IMG/VR virus record: IMGVR_UViG_3300012232_000018
Span: 1 to 49,349 of that record
Strand: one strand, 5' to 3'
DNA from: a virus
Taxonomy: Duplodnaviria > Caudoviricetes
Length of the DNA: 49,349 bases
The translations under genes and the position numbers were made by a program. Of this stretch, positions 33,780 through 42,872 are shown piece after piece. Numbering within the stretch: the stretch's first letter is position 1; every line of letters begins with the position of its first letter. The notes under the pieces are model-generated. The model was not told the origin of the DNA and searched no databases. It saw nothing but the letters and a program-made list of their open reading frames with translations.

Positions 33780-36299
33780 TTAGGTTAGTGCTGTATTAAG
33801 GCCAAGAGCGACTACAATACCTAAGACAGCTTCCTGTGCTAGTTCGTCAGTGTATTGTGTTATGTCACCGACATAAAGGACATTACCGTCGGAGACCGCA
33901 GTGTCGAGTTGCGCCTTGGTGAACGAGCCGAGCATAGTTGCATTGGAACCGGCAGACGCGGTGATATGACCAGTAAGCGCGGCACGCTGTAACAGAGGCG
34001 TGGCGTCGATATAGGTCAGTGATGCGTCGACCATTGCACCGACGGCGTCCTGAGCCTGCTCATCTGTGTAGCTGGCTGCGGGGTCATCCCACACAAATGG
34101 CGCGCCTGCACCGACTGATGTCAGTACCTGGCCTGCGGTACCAGCATCCCCATTGATGAGTAGGTCGCCTTCCTTTTTCAGCTGGAGCGTCTGCTCCGAT
34201 CCGAACGGGCCGGTGTAGACGAACAGATTGTCCTTCGACCGAAGCTCGTTGAAGCCCGAGTCCGTGACGGCCACTAGGCTGGCCGCGTTGGCGAAGATGT
34301 ACGACAGGCCGCTAACCTCGGAGACGTATAGCCCGTAACCTGAGCCCGATATGACCTCCACATTCCCGGAGGCATTGTGGATCGACAAACCCGAGTTATT
34401 GCTGATGCCGCCCAGGAAGTGTGCTAGGCCACTATCATCAATGTCCCAGGATGCCTTGCCCCCGTTGACCTTCGCGCTGACGTTGTGGGTAGTCGAGTTG
34501 ACCACCACTGCATCGTTGGCCGCAGCTCCCAGGTTGAGGATCGCCCCATCCCAGGTTGCGTTCGCCAGACCGCCGAATGAACCGGCGTTGTTGTACTGTA
34601 ACTGGGTATCAGCCCCACCAGGTGGTGTACTACTAGATGCTGCGTCCTCCCAAGTCGGCGCAAAGCCTGCTCCATTGGAGGTGAGTACCTGTGTCGCAGT
34701 GCCCGGATCGGTGTTGATCTGCAACTCAGATGTGCTCTGAAGCTGGAGTATCCCGTCACTTTGCGCGATGAAAGTCGAACTGTTCGGACCGCCATCGGAT
34801 GCCCCGAGGCGGGCCGTGTAGGCCACGCCATCTAGATCGAAGAACGCCTGCCCACCGAGCCCGTCGTTTGCATAGCCCGCAATATCTACAAGTGAGCCGA
34901 GGGTGACGTAATCTGAGTCAACCGTGAGGCCCGACTGTGCAGTAGTGCCACCCAAGAGCTGCACCTTGCCGGTAGTATCATTGGCCAGCAGATCAACGTT
35001 CGTACCGTTGAAGTGCAGGGTGTTATTGACATTGTCCCAGGTTAGGTTCGCGGTGCCGCCCAAGACACCGGCATCATTGAATTGAAGCTGGGTGTCACTA
35101 CCGCCTGGTGTGGCCAAACTCGTGGCGGCGTCCTCCCAGGTAGGCGCAGCGGCAGGACCGTTGGAGGTCAGTACCTGCGTCGCCGTCCCGGCATCGTTGT
35201 CGAGGAACAGTGGCAGGTCGCTGGTGTTGCCGAAGGTCAGATACAGGCCGGTGTCGTCGGCCGCTGCCGCGACTAGGTCGCTGGTCGAGGAGATTGCTGC
35301 GGGGTCATCCCATACAGGCGGTGAACCTGCACCCTGCGATACCAGGGCCTTGCCTGCTGTTCCGGCATTGCCGTTGATGAACAGGTCGGCGTCGAGGCTC
35401 AGAGCGATAGTCGAGGACTGGAGGCCCATCGACCCATCATTGTTTAGATTGATCGTCTCGCCACTGGTCAGGATCTGGATGCTGCCAGTAGGACCGTCGA
35501 TCGCAACCGACGCCGTGTCACCGTCACTCATCACCACGGTGCCGGTGGCCGTGTCGCCTTCAAACATGGCGGAGTCGGTGTCGCGTGTGAAGATCCACTG
35601 CTCACCGTTCCACACCAAGCGTGGACTGCCACCAAAGCTGCCCGAGTCGTTGAACTGGATCTCGGTGTCGTCGCCACCCGGCGTGCCGCTGCCACCGGTG
35701 CCGGTCTGCTCAACCCAGCCGAGCTTGTGGTCGACCATTCCTGCGTCTTCCACGATCCCGAGCACGTAGCCTTCCTGCCCGCGCTCCGAGCCAGGCGGAA
35801 CCCAACTAGCGCCCGAACTCGAGTCCTTGCCGTCCTTGCCCTTTTCTCCGGGCTTCCCGTCTTTGCCGTCCAAGCCGTCCCTGCCCGGAAGCCCCGGCGC
35901 TCCATCGCGCCCGTCCTTCCCGGCACGGCCGTCCAGGCCGTCTTTGCCGGGAGTGCCCCGCTCACCGATCAAGCCCCGGTCGCCTTGGTCGCCTTTGGCG
36001 CCGGGCGAACCGTCGTTTCCATCCCGGCCATCGCGGCCGGCATTCCCATCGTTCCCGGGAACGCCATCTCTGCCGGGATCGCCGCGCATCTTCGAGATCA
36101 GCGCCTTGATCGAGTCCTGGTCGCCGGTCGCCTTCTCCAAGTCGACCAGCCGCACGGGATCGTTCCCGCCTACAGGAGCAGGAATGCCGGTGAGGCGGTT
36201 GCCGTGCATGTCGATGGTGACGCCCCGCTTGACTACGAGGGTGCGGTCGCCAGATAGCAGCAGGAAGATCTTATCGAGGAGTGGATCGAGGAAAGACAA
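33780..36299 (-). CDS. Tail fibre with collagen-like G-X-Y segment and repeated modules (start uncertain)
   Basis: G-X-Y run at ~35824-36083; repeated GTA.QVLTS.G..P.W.D and PGG.DTQ.QFN..G.FGG modules. Confidence 0.85.
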   Translation of the reverse strand: MSFLDPLLDKIFLLLSGDRTLVVKRGVTIDMHGNRLTGIPAPVGGNDPVRLVDLEKATGDQDSIKALISKMRGDPGRDGVPGNDGNAGRDGRDGNDGSPGAKGDQGDRGLIGERGTPGKDGLDGRAGKDGRDGAPGLPGRDGLDGKDGKPGEKGKDGKDSSSGASWVPPGSERGQEGYVLGIVEDAGMVDHKLGWVEQTGTGGSGTPGGDDTEIQFNDSGSFGGSPRLVWNGEQWIFTRDTDSAMFEGDTATGTVVMSDGDTASVAIDGPTGSIQILTSGETINLNNDGSMGLQSSTIALSLDADLFINGNAGTAGKALVSQGAGSPPVWDDPAAISSTSDLVAAAADDTGLYLTFGNTSDLPLFLDNDAGTATQVLTSNGPAAAPTWEDAATSLATPGGSDTQLQFNDAGVLGGTANLTWDNVNNTLHFNGTNVDLLANDTTGKVQLLGGTTAQSGLTVDSDYVTLGSLVDIAGYANDGLGGQAFFDLDGVAYTARLGASDGGPNSSTFIAQSDGILQLQSTSELQINTDPGTATQVLTSNGAGFAPTWEDAASSSTPPGGADTQLQYNNAGSFGGLANATWDGAILNLGAAANDAVVVNSTTHNVSAKVNGGKASWDIDDSGLAHFLGGISNNSGLSIHNASGNVEVISGSGYGLYVSEVSGLSYIFANAASLVAVTDSGFNELRSKDNLFVYTGPFGSEQTLQLKKEGDLLINGDAGTAGQVLTSVGAGAPFVWDDPAASYTDEQAQDAVGAMVDASLTYIDATPLLQRAALTGHITASAGSNATMLGSFTKAQLDTAVSDGNVLYVGDITQYTDELAQEAVLGIVVALGLNTALT

Positions 36300-36409
36300 G
36301 GGCCGGGCCTGAAGAAACGGCCCGGTTATACGGCGGGGCTACATGAATTGGGTAATAGGGGAGAGGCATCCGGCCTGTGCCGAAAAAGATCTTCCCCCCT
36401 CCTATTCTT

Positions 36410-36438
36410 ACTATAGCACGTCTGTTGCGCAAATACAA
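36410..36438 (-). promoter_or_regulatory. sigma70-type promoter for the structural arm
   Basis: TTGTAT-N17-TATAGT with extended -10 TG, pointing into the fibre gene. Confidence 0.75.
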
Positions 36439-36505
36439 CACCCCCTCGAAGCCGCGCCCGCCGCCGGTTGGCGGCCGACCCCAGCTGCGTCAGAACGACG
36501 GTGAA

Positions 36506-36546
36506 AGGGGATATGGGGATAGGTAGTAGTATTAATAGTAGTAGTA
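36506..36546. repeat. AGGGGATATGGGGA box plus (TAG)n tract, copy 1
   Basis: The 14-mer at 36506-36519 recurs inverted at 46657-46670; both copies adjoin TAG repeats. Confidence 0.7.
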
Positions 36547-37044
36547 CTTATATGCAGGTACCCGCCGCTAGGCGGGGGCTAGTCTTGCCCCGGCCTTAAA
36601 AAACCTGAATATACAAAAAGTTGTGAGGGACTTTAGGGCTGCATATGCACCCTAGCATCGACCCCCTCCCCCCTACATGCCCTCGACGCATGCCGCAGCG
36701 CCGCATAAAACGCGAGAGTGTATGCGCGTGAGGGTGTGATGTGCGCCGCACGCCCCGCATCATGCCCCCGAGCTCGTATGTGCATGAGGAAGTGAGGACT
36801 TACTGACCTCGTTGTGCACTGCACCGTTAGTGAGTGGTCACTAGCGTTCCCAGGAACGGTGTCAGCTGGCTCCCCGCCAAATGAGCGCGCACCTCCCCAA
36901 GACTTCCCCTTGCCTTGCCTAGCTGGTGGGCAAGTCCTACATCTAGTCCCGCGCGCATCTAAGTATTTAAAAACACTACCTTTTAAACCAGTAGTTCTAC
37001 TGAAGTAGAGAAGTGCTAGCAATACTACTTCTACTTAGAAAGTC

Positions 37045-37425
37045 AGAGGTTGCGAAGCAACCGGCCCCTTGGAACGAATTGTCAACCCGCCGAAAGTGGG
37101 AACCGGTTCGGCGCCGCTCACTTCGAGTAGCCCGGACTGGTAGCAGGCTGGCCCAGAACTACGGGAAGCGAAGCGGGGCTCGTGGCAGTAGGCAAGCTCA
37201 ACGCAGCGGCAACCCAGGACGACCAGCACTACCTTGGCCGTAAGCGTGGCCCACGGCTTGGCGTTGCCCAAGCGAGTCTGAGTGTGGGTTGCCTGCGGCC
37301 CACAGGTTCGCACCTAAACGGGCATGAGACGCATAGCGCCGCCCGCATGGTGCGATACGTTGGCTGCGCTAACAACGCAGCCGCCTGGATGATGCCGCTT
37401 CGCGAGAGGCGGCAGCACACAGGCT
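37045..37425 (+). ncRNA. Candidate structured leader / ncRNA
   Basis: Consecutive stems readable by eye (37048-37062, 37086-37100, 37362-37382, and 37393-37414 with a GCGA loop); no convincing ORF. Confidence 0.5.
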
Positions 37426-37459
37426 TATTCACGTGACCTACCTACAAGGACGCACACAC

Positions 37460-37816
37460 ATGGACTTCACCACGTTCAGCACGCAACACCTCAAGACCAG
37501 CATCGGCATGATTATGACCGAGCTACGCGTACGTGCTAAGGACGCGCGTAACGCAGCCGCAGGCACGGTCACCGTTACCACTGCCAAGCTGAGCAAACAA
37601 GAGCGGGCAGACAAGCGTGAGCAGGCGAAGCAGGAATACAAAGACAAGCGTGCCACGTACAACGCGCAGCCCTACGGCGTCAAGCGTGTGTCCGATGGCA
37701 AGGTACTCAAGCGCCGCTTCGACAACACGAAAGATGCGACCGAGGCTGCGGTCAAGCTGAGCCTTGACATGAAGGCACCGGCTGGCTACGTCGTGACTGA
37801 CTTCACGCTGGCCTAA
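37460..37816 (+). CDS. First early gene, basic hypothetical protein
   Basis: AAGGA RBS; phage-like codon use; followed by a hairpin. Confidence 0.8.
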   Translation: MDFTTFSTQHLKTSIGMIMTELRVRAKDARNAAAGTVTVTTAKLSKQERADKREQAKQEYKDKRATYNAQPYGVKRVSDGKVLKRRFDNTKDATEAAVKLSLDMKAPAGYVVTDFTLA

Positions 37817-37837
37817 GCACACACACACACAACCCAC

Positions 37838-37861
37838 AGACGGGAGCTTCGGCTCCCGTTT
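37838..37861 (+). terminator. Terminator-like hairpin with cUUCGg tetraloop
   Basis: AGACGGGAGC-TTCG-GCTCCCGTTT. Confidence 0.75.
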
Positions 37862-37879
37862 GCATTGGAACATGCACAC

Positions 37880-38026
37880 ATGACACCAATCCGACCAATC
37901 AACCGCACTGCGAATTACGTGTTGCTGCGCTTCACATTCGCTATGACCCGTGCCCGTATGCAACGGCGCGAAGTCTGGGGCGGGGAGAACTATAAGCGCA
38001 TCATACCCATCGAGTGGAGGGGGTAA
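37880..38026 (+). CDS. Small early protein (48 aa)
   Basis: Open frame MTPIRPINR...; TAATG-coupled to the next gene. Confidence 0.5.
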   Translation: MTPIRPINRTANYVLLRFTFAMTRARMQRREVWGGENYKRIIPIEWRG

Positions 38027-38265
38027 TGAATGCTTACGCTCCCATCCGGAAGGCGACTTCGATCGCGCGGGATTACGAACGCGCGACGCGCGGTCGCTGG
38101 GTGTCGGGCATCTACTCGTTCGCGGGTAATGCGCGGACCGCTCGTGCCAAGCGGACGATACCTGCTCGTGAACCGGGGCCGGTGACAGTGATGAACCCGG
38201 TGCTCGACGCCAAGCTGGGCCAATTACTGCAACAGGTGTGCGTACTCGCACAGGTGCGCGGATGA
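38026..38265 (+). CDS. Small early protein
   Basis: GGAGG RBS; coupled on both sides. Confidence 0.6.
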   Translation: MNAYAPIRKATSIARDYERATRGRWVSGIYSFAGNARTARAKRTIPAREPGPVTVMNPVLDAKLGQLLQQVCVLAQVRG

Positions 38266-38390
38266 AGTATCTCTGCATGTGGTTGCGGCTATATCGTGGC
38301 ATCGGGTGGCAACACCTTGAGAACCTTGGCCAAGACACCAGCATGGCACTGCTCGTGCTAGTAATCGGGCTCTTCATCACAGGAGGGTAG
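38262..38390 (+). CDS. Small early membrane peptide (42 aa)
   Basis: ATGA overlap; hydrophobic C-terminus. Confidence 0.4.
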   Translation: MKYLCMWLRLYRGIGWQHLENLGQDTSMALLVLVIGLFITGG

Positions 38391-38512
38391 GCATGCACAT
38401 CATCATGTTTCACATCCGATTATGGTGGCGTGATGTGCGCTGGGCACTCATCGCACTGTAGCAAGCGATTACATACCGCTAAGGGGAAGAACCGTCGCGC
38501 AATGGCGCTGAG

Positions 38513-38558
38513 AGAACTAAGTCAACACACCACACGCACACTTTTCCTAGGGAATTTT
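38513..38558 (+). repeat. Bipartite upstream element, copy 1
   Basis: AGAACTAAGTCAACAC-N13-TTTTCCTAGGGAATTTT; second copy at 41088-41133. Confidence 0.85.
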
Positions 38559-38571
38559 GGAGAGCACAAGC

Positions 38572-38739
38572 ATGAACTACCTGAGCTATATGTGCCACGG
38601 TACACACGAGCCCGTGCAGTGGTCTAGCGTACGCAGCGATGCGCTGCCGGAGAACTGTGCTAAGTGTGGCGCACTCGTTAAGCCACACGTTATTAGTGAG
38701 ATCGTCGATGGTAAAACTGATCTTGTACCTACGGCCTGA
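38572..38739 (+). CDS. Small zinc-finger-like early protein
   Basis: GGAG RBS; CHGTH...CAKCG. Confidence 0.55.
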   Translation: MNYLSYMCHGTHEPVQWSSVRSDALPENCAKCGALVKPHVISEIVDGKTDLVPTA

Positions 38740-38914
38740 CGCGGCCAAGCATGTTAAGAGTGGTAGGTTCCCACGCATGGTGCGCTACAACGCGAACAGA
38801 ATGCTATTCGAGGTGTGCAGCACGACCGGCAGAATGATCTACAGGCACACGCCATGCATCGCCGATTTGCTGGCGGAGTATGACTTCTATGAGTACACGG
38901 ACAATAGCACGTAA
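38708..38914 (+). CDS. Hypothetical early protein
   Basis: Overlapping operon packing. Confidence 0.5.
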   Translation: MVKLILYLRPDAAKHVKSGRFPRMVRYNANRMLFEVCSTTGRMIYRHTPCIADLLAEYDFYEYTDNST

Positions 38915-39131
38915 CCGTACAAAACACACCTGCCCTACAGACCGGCGATTACATGCGGAATGTCCACGTTGCGCCGAGCATATACGCCAACGTAACGTAG
39001 TGTTGCAAGATAATAATGCGTCTGGTATTGTAACGCACAGTAACAGTACCCAATCGCACGCTAGTGCGGTTGATCCCGAGCACGGCGATGAGTCGTGCAC
39101 TGTAGTACAGGCGGAGAAATCCGCCACCTAA
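38889..39131 (+). CDS. Hypothetical Cys/His-containing early protein
   Basis: GGAG RBS; HTC...HAECPRC. Confidence 0.5.
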   Translation: MSTRTIARNRTKHTCPTDRRLHAECPRCAEHIRQRNVVLQDNNASGIVTHSNSTQSHASAVDPEHGDESCTVVQAEKSAT

Positions 39132-39367
39132 ACCGGTGAAGTGGCGGGGGTTCCGGCCCCCGCACCCCCTTACGCCAGCGTCATACACTGTCACCTATGT
39201 GTCGTCAGGCACAGACAATGCGTGTAAGCCGGGCGTAAGTATCATCGCGCACCACTGCCGTACATCTCCAACTGAACAGCGCACGCACGAGGGGCTAGCG
39301 TCAGCCGCTCGTAAGAATCTTGCGCCCTCAACGGACGCCGGAAGGACTTGGCACACAGAGATACATC

Positions 39368-39751
39368 ATGTCTGAAGCAGAAGTGCAGGAGATCAAGGCG
39401 CTGCTATCGCAGACCCAACAAGCACAGGGTCAGCATGCTGCGCATCCCGTTCACTACATCCACATTCGTACACGTAGTAACGGTATACCTCAGCCCAAGG
39501 GTGGCTACTGCCTCGCCGTCAAGCGGCGCGTGGATGGTCAGTGGTCCGTAGCTGTGGCTCAGTGCCCAGCCGACAGGGCGTATGACAAGCGACTCGGCAA
39601 GACTATCGCCAGTGCTCGCTTGCGGAATGGCAAGTATCTCGTGTGCGCTGATGTCCCGGCGTTGCGTGAGCTAGCCGACAAACTCAACGAGAAGATCAGC
39701 ACCGGTACGTTGCAGGTGCGTGTTGATCTGTCACAACTCGATGGCCAATGA
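39368..39751 (+). CDS. Hypothetical early protein
   Basis: PKGG.C.A....AVAQC...D.YDKRLG..IA..RL pattern; ATGA overlap with the PRTase gene. Confidence 0.7.
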   Translation: MSEAEVQEIKALLSQTQQAQGQHAAHPVHYIHIRTRSNGIPQPKGGYCLAVKRRVDGQWSVAVAQCPADRAYDKRLGKTIASARLRNGKYLVCADVPALRELADKLNEKISTGTLQVRVDLSQLDGQ

Positions 39752-40176
39752 CATGCTCTTACTTGTACAACACTCTCCACGAAACTGTGATGTACCAACA
39801 CAACGTCACGGTTGCGGGCGAGTGGTTGCGTAAAGAAATGCCAGGCAACTTCGAGGGTATCGTAGTCGTGGGCATCAGTGGCCAAGCCTATGGCTGGCCG
39901 TTGCGTGCATGGCTTGGTGTACCACTCATCGTGGTGCGCAAGCCGGGCGATCACTCCCATAGTTCGTACACCATCGAAGGGCTCGAAAACGACAACATCG
40001 AGCGTGTATGTTTCGTCGATGACCTCATCTCATCGGGGCAGACACTTCGCAATGTGAAGGAGGAACTGAAGCAGTGCGACGTCCACGTAGTACGCGCCTT
40101 GCTCATCGGTATGGGCAGGCATGAAGAGTGCGTTTTCGAGGGCGTGCCCACTCACACATTAGGACTACCACTATGA
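39748..40176 (+). CDS. Type I phosphoribosyltransferase-domain protein
   Basis: PRPP-binding loop VCFVDDLISSGQT; GISG and VRK motifs. Confidence 0.88.
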   Translation: MTCSYLYNTLHETVMYQHNVTVAGEWLRKEMPGNFEGIVVVGISGQAYGWPLRAWLGVPLIVVRKPGDHSHSSYTIEGLENDNIERVCFVDDLISSGQTLRNVKEELKQCDVHVVRALLIGMGRHEECVFEGVPTHTLGLPL

Positions 40177-40334
40177 ACTACCTTCGCTTAATTGCATCAC
40201 TCGCACCAATTATCATGCTCACCTTGTCCCTCATCGCGTCGTTTACGGGTGACCTACAGCTCGCAATCTACCTTGCTGTGGTGTGGGTAGGTATGGAAGC
40301 ACGGAGCACAGTTGAAGTGAGGATACCAAGGTGA
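40173..40334 (+). CDS. Small two-TM membrane protein
   Basis: AGGA RBS, hydrophobic, coupled to neighbours. Confidence 0.55.
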   Translation: MNYLRLIASLAPIIMLTLSLIASFTGDLQLAIYLAVVWVGMEARSTVEVRIPR

Positions 40335-40735
40335 ACTACCTCAAGGAAGCGCTCGAACACTACGCAGTAAGCGAGCGTGCTGATGCTACTGCGTGGGATC
40401 GCATCGCTAATTGGGGCAATCAGTGTGCTGTCGTTGGCGGGCACATGGACGTGATTGAGAAGGAGATCGCGCATTGGGAAAGCGAGGTGAAGAAGGACTT
40501 CGGCCTCACTGCATTGCCTAATGCATGGCGTAGTGCCAAGAGCACCGTACTCAGTGCGGTCAACCTCGGCGTGCCGCTGATGGACAACGGACAAGTGCGT
40601 GCCAAAGTAGCGGTGAGTAAGGACATCGCCAAGGTAAGGGGCACCAGCCCTAGCCCTGATCCCGTACCTGCGACATCCGCACCGGTATTACAGGTAGTGC
40701 GATGCCCCAACTGTGGGCGTGACTTCTTGCCGTGA
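40331..40735 (+). CDS. Hypothetical protein
   Basis: GAGGA RBS plus GTG; LPNAWRSAKS; C-terminal CPNCG. Confidence 0.7.
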   Translation: MNYLKEALEHYAVSERADATAWDRIANWGNQCAVVGGHMDVIEKEIAHWESEVKKDFGLTALPNAWRSAKSTVLSAVNLGVPLMDNGQVRAKVAVSKDIAKVRGTSPSPDPVPATSAPVLQVVRCPNCGRDFLP

Positions 40736-41058
40736 GCTACTTCACCTACATGGCCTGCGATGACCATGACGCTGTGCTCTACGTCGGGCGTGCTACACGT
40801 AAAGAAGTGTGGCGACGCTTCGCTGAACACAAGAAGCGCAGCGATTGGTACAACAGCGCAAGGTACATCAACGTATACGAGCATGCGACACACGAGTCGA
40901 TGCGCGCACACGAACAAGTGATGTGGCGGCAGTACAGCCCGCCGTTCAATCGTCGTGAGCCCGGGCACACGGGGTCACCTGACACCAGCATCATGGGTTG
41001 CACGACCTATTCGCGTGACTCACTAGGGCGGTGGCACCTGGCCTCATACGCATCATAG
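40732..41058 (+). CDS. GIY-YIG nuclease-like protein
   Basis: FTY...LYVG.A...RRF.EH...E......PPFN. Confidence 0.75.
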   Translation: MSYFTYMACDDHDAVLYVGRATRKEVWRRFAEHKKRSDWYNSARYINVYEHATHESMRAHEQVMWRQYSPPFNRREPGHTGSPDTSIMGCTTYSRDSLGRWHLASYAS

Positions 41059-41087
41059 AGGGAAGTACCCTCTGGCCCGCGCGTGCC

Positions 41088-41133
41088 AGAACTAAGTCAA
41101 CACGCGCCGCAGTACATTTTCCTAGCGAATTTT
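41088..41133 (+). repeat. Bipartite upstream element, copy 2
   Basis: AGAACTAAGTCAACAC-N13-TTTTCCTAGCGAATTTT upstream of the vWA gene RBS. Confidence 0.85.
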
Positions 41134-41148
41134 CGAGGTCACACAACC

Positions 41149-42864
41149 ATGCTCAATCCGTATGAGCTTGAGAGGTACGCACGTCTTTGTGCGAAACGCG
41201 CCAAGCTCCGCGTGAAGTTCGAGACCAACGCAACACCGAGTACAGATGGCGAGACGATCTACTTGCCGACGCCTAACTTCCTCACCATGACCGAGGATGA
41301 GGCGATCGACGTCAAGCATTTCGTTGCGCACGAGACGAGCCACGTCTTGCACACCGACTTCGCTCCCGCCAAGGAGGGCAAGATGGTGTTCGGGTCTGAC
41401 TCGTTGCTCGGCCTCATCATGAATCTGATCGAGGATCATCGCATCGACTACATCAACGGGCGTGAGTTTGCCGGCGACCTTGAGAACGGCGTGTCCTATG
41501 CGACGCGCTGGATACCGACGTTCGCCAAGCGCTTCCATAAGCTCGGCAACAGGGCGGAGACCGCTGCAACGCTGTTCTGCTGGGACTTGATGGTGCGCGA
41601 CTATCCGTGCGCTGGTGATGCTGAGGCAACACTTGAGCCGCTGTCCGACATGGCCAAGCTCATCAAGCTGCGGACGTACACGCCGCAGCTGCGCAGGCTG
41701 CGCGAGATACTGCCCAAGGAGCAAGGTACGCAGGCGTCGTGGGATCTGGCCGTTGAGATATTCGAGAAGGTGTACGGCGGTGATGCGCCCCAGGAGATGA
41801 AGCAGTTTCAGCCGAAGCCGCAGCCCGGTGAAGGCCAGCCCGGTGAGGAGGGCGAAGGCGACAAGGGTGAAGGTGACGGTAAAGGTGAAGGCGAGGAGGT
41901 CAAGGGTGAGGGCATCGCCACGGTGAAGTGGGAAGACATCGCTGGCAACCCTATGAGCGTCAACCCCAACACCACGCGCCGTGGTCTGCATATCGACTAC
42001 ACGAACTACAAGGGTAGTACGCCGTATCAGTCGGCGCAGCTGGACGATCACCTTGTCGTGGACTTCATCGGCGGTGACGTACCGAGCCGCTTCAACGGGC
42101 GCTGCGCTATCGAACTACCTGATGCGTCCACCAGTGACGCGTTTGCACAGCAGGTACGGCTGAACCTACAGATCAGGGCGCGCAGCAAGTACGAATACGG
42201 CCGCAAGACCGGCAAGCTCAACCCGCGTGCGTTGTATCGCATGGGCGTCGACTCACCTGCCCTACAAGAGCGCATCTTCAAGAAGAAGTACACCAGCGAC
42301 GTGCTCGATGCGGCTGTGTCGATGCTGGTTGATGGCTCTGGCTCGATGGGTGGCTACAAGTACGATCACGCTGCCAAGTCGGCGCTGCTGCTCAACGAGG
42401 CGATCGGTAACGTACTGCGTGTGCCGCTGGAGATCATCAGCTTCACAGAAGACACAGGCCTGACTGGATACAGGCCGATCGAGTTCCTGCATCGCAAGTT
42501 CGACAACAAGGTACTGCCCGAGCATCAGCTGTTCGACAGCCTTGAGCGTGCCGGTGCGTACAAGTACAACAACTGCGACGGCGACGCTGTGTTGTGGACG
42601 TATGACCGTCTCGCCAAACAACGGGCGAAGCGCAAGCTGCTCATCGTGCTCAGTGATGGTAGCCCCGCCTCACGGCGACCGGGAGATCACATAGCCTTCT
42701 GCAAGAAGATCATCGAACACGTCGAGCAGTCCCCGGTGGACATCGTTGGCATCGGCATCATGGATGACAACGTGAAGCGGCTGTACAAGAAGCACTACGT
42801 CATACATAGCGCAGAGCAACTCGAGACTGCGCTGCTTTCTCTCATTGATCGTTACCTGGTGTAA
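41149..42864 (+). CDS. CobT-like protein: N-terminal HExxH domain, acidic Gly/Glu linker, C-terminal vWA (MIDAS) domain
   Basis: AHETSH...NLIED.RID; DGSGSM; LSDGSP; GIGI. GAGG RBS before ATG 41149. Confidence 0.9.
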   Translation: MLNPYELERYARLCAKRAKLRVKFETNATPSTDGETIYLPTPNFLTMTEDEAIDVKHFVAHETSHVLHTDFAPAKEGKMVFGSDSLLGLIMNLIEDHRIDYINGREFAGDLENGVSYATRWIPTFAKRFHKLGNRAETAATLFCWDLMVRDYPCAGDAEATLEPLSDMAKLIKLRTYTPQLRRLREILPKEQGTQASWDLAVEIFEKVYGGDAPQEMKQFQPKPQPGEGQPGEEGEGDKGEGDGKGEGEEVKGEGIATVKWEDIAGNPMSVNPNTTRRGLHIDYTNYKGSTPYQSAQLDDHLVVDFIGGDVPSRFNGRCAIELPDASTSDAFAQQVRLNLQIRARSKYEYGRKTGKLNPRALYRMGVDSPALQERIFKKKYTSDVLDAAVSMLVDGSGSMGGYKYDHAAKSALLLNEAIGNVLRVPLEIISFTEDTGLTGYRPIEFLHRKFDNKVLPEHQLFDSLERAGAYKYNNCDGDAVLWTYDRLAKQRAKRKLLIVLSDGSPASRRPGDHIAFCKKIIEHVEQSPVDIVGIGIMDDNVKRLYKKHYVIHSAEQLETALLSLIDRYLV

Positions 42865-42872
42865 GGAGCAAC

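Noticed and set aside
31095-36299. Diversity-generating retroelement or invertible fibre cassette
   Set aside because: No reverse transcriptase, invertase or near-identical template/variable repeat pair; the paralogs are diverged throughout.
37818-37831. (CA)n run after the first early gene
   Set aside because: Short and intergenic; CA-rich spacers recur before several early starts and need no special explanation.
38495-38528. Minus-strand sigma70 promoter from TTGACT inside the bipartite repeat
   Set aside because: Neither copy has a -10-like hexamer at about 17 nt spacing.
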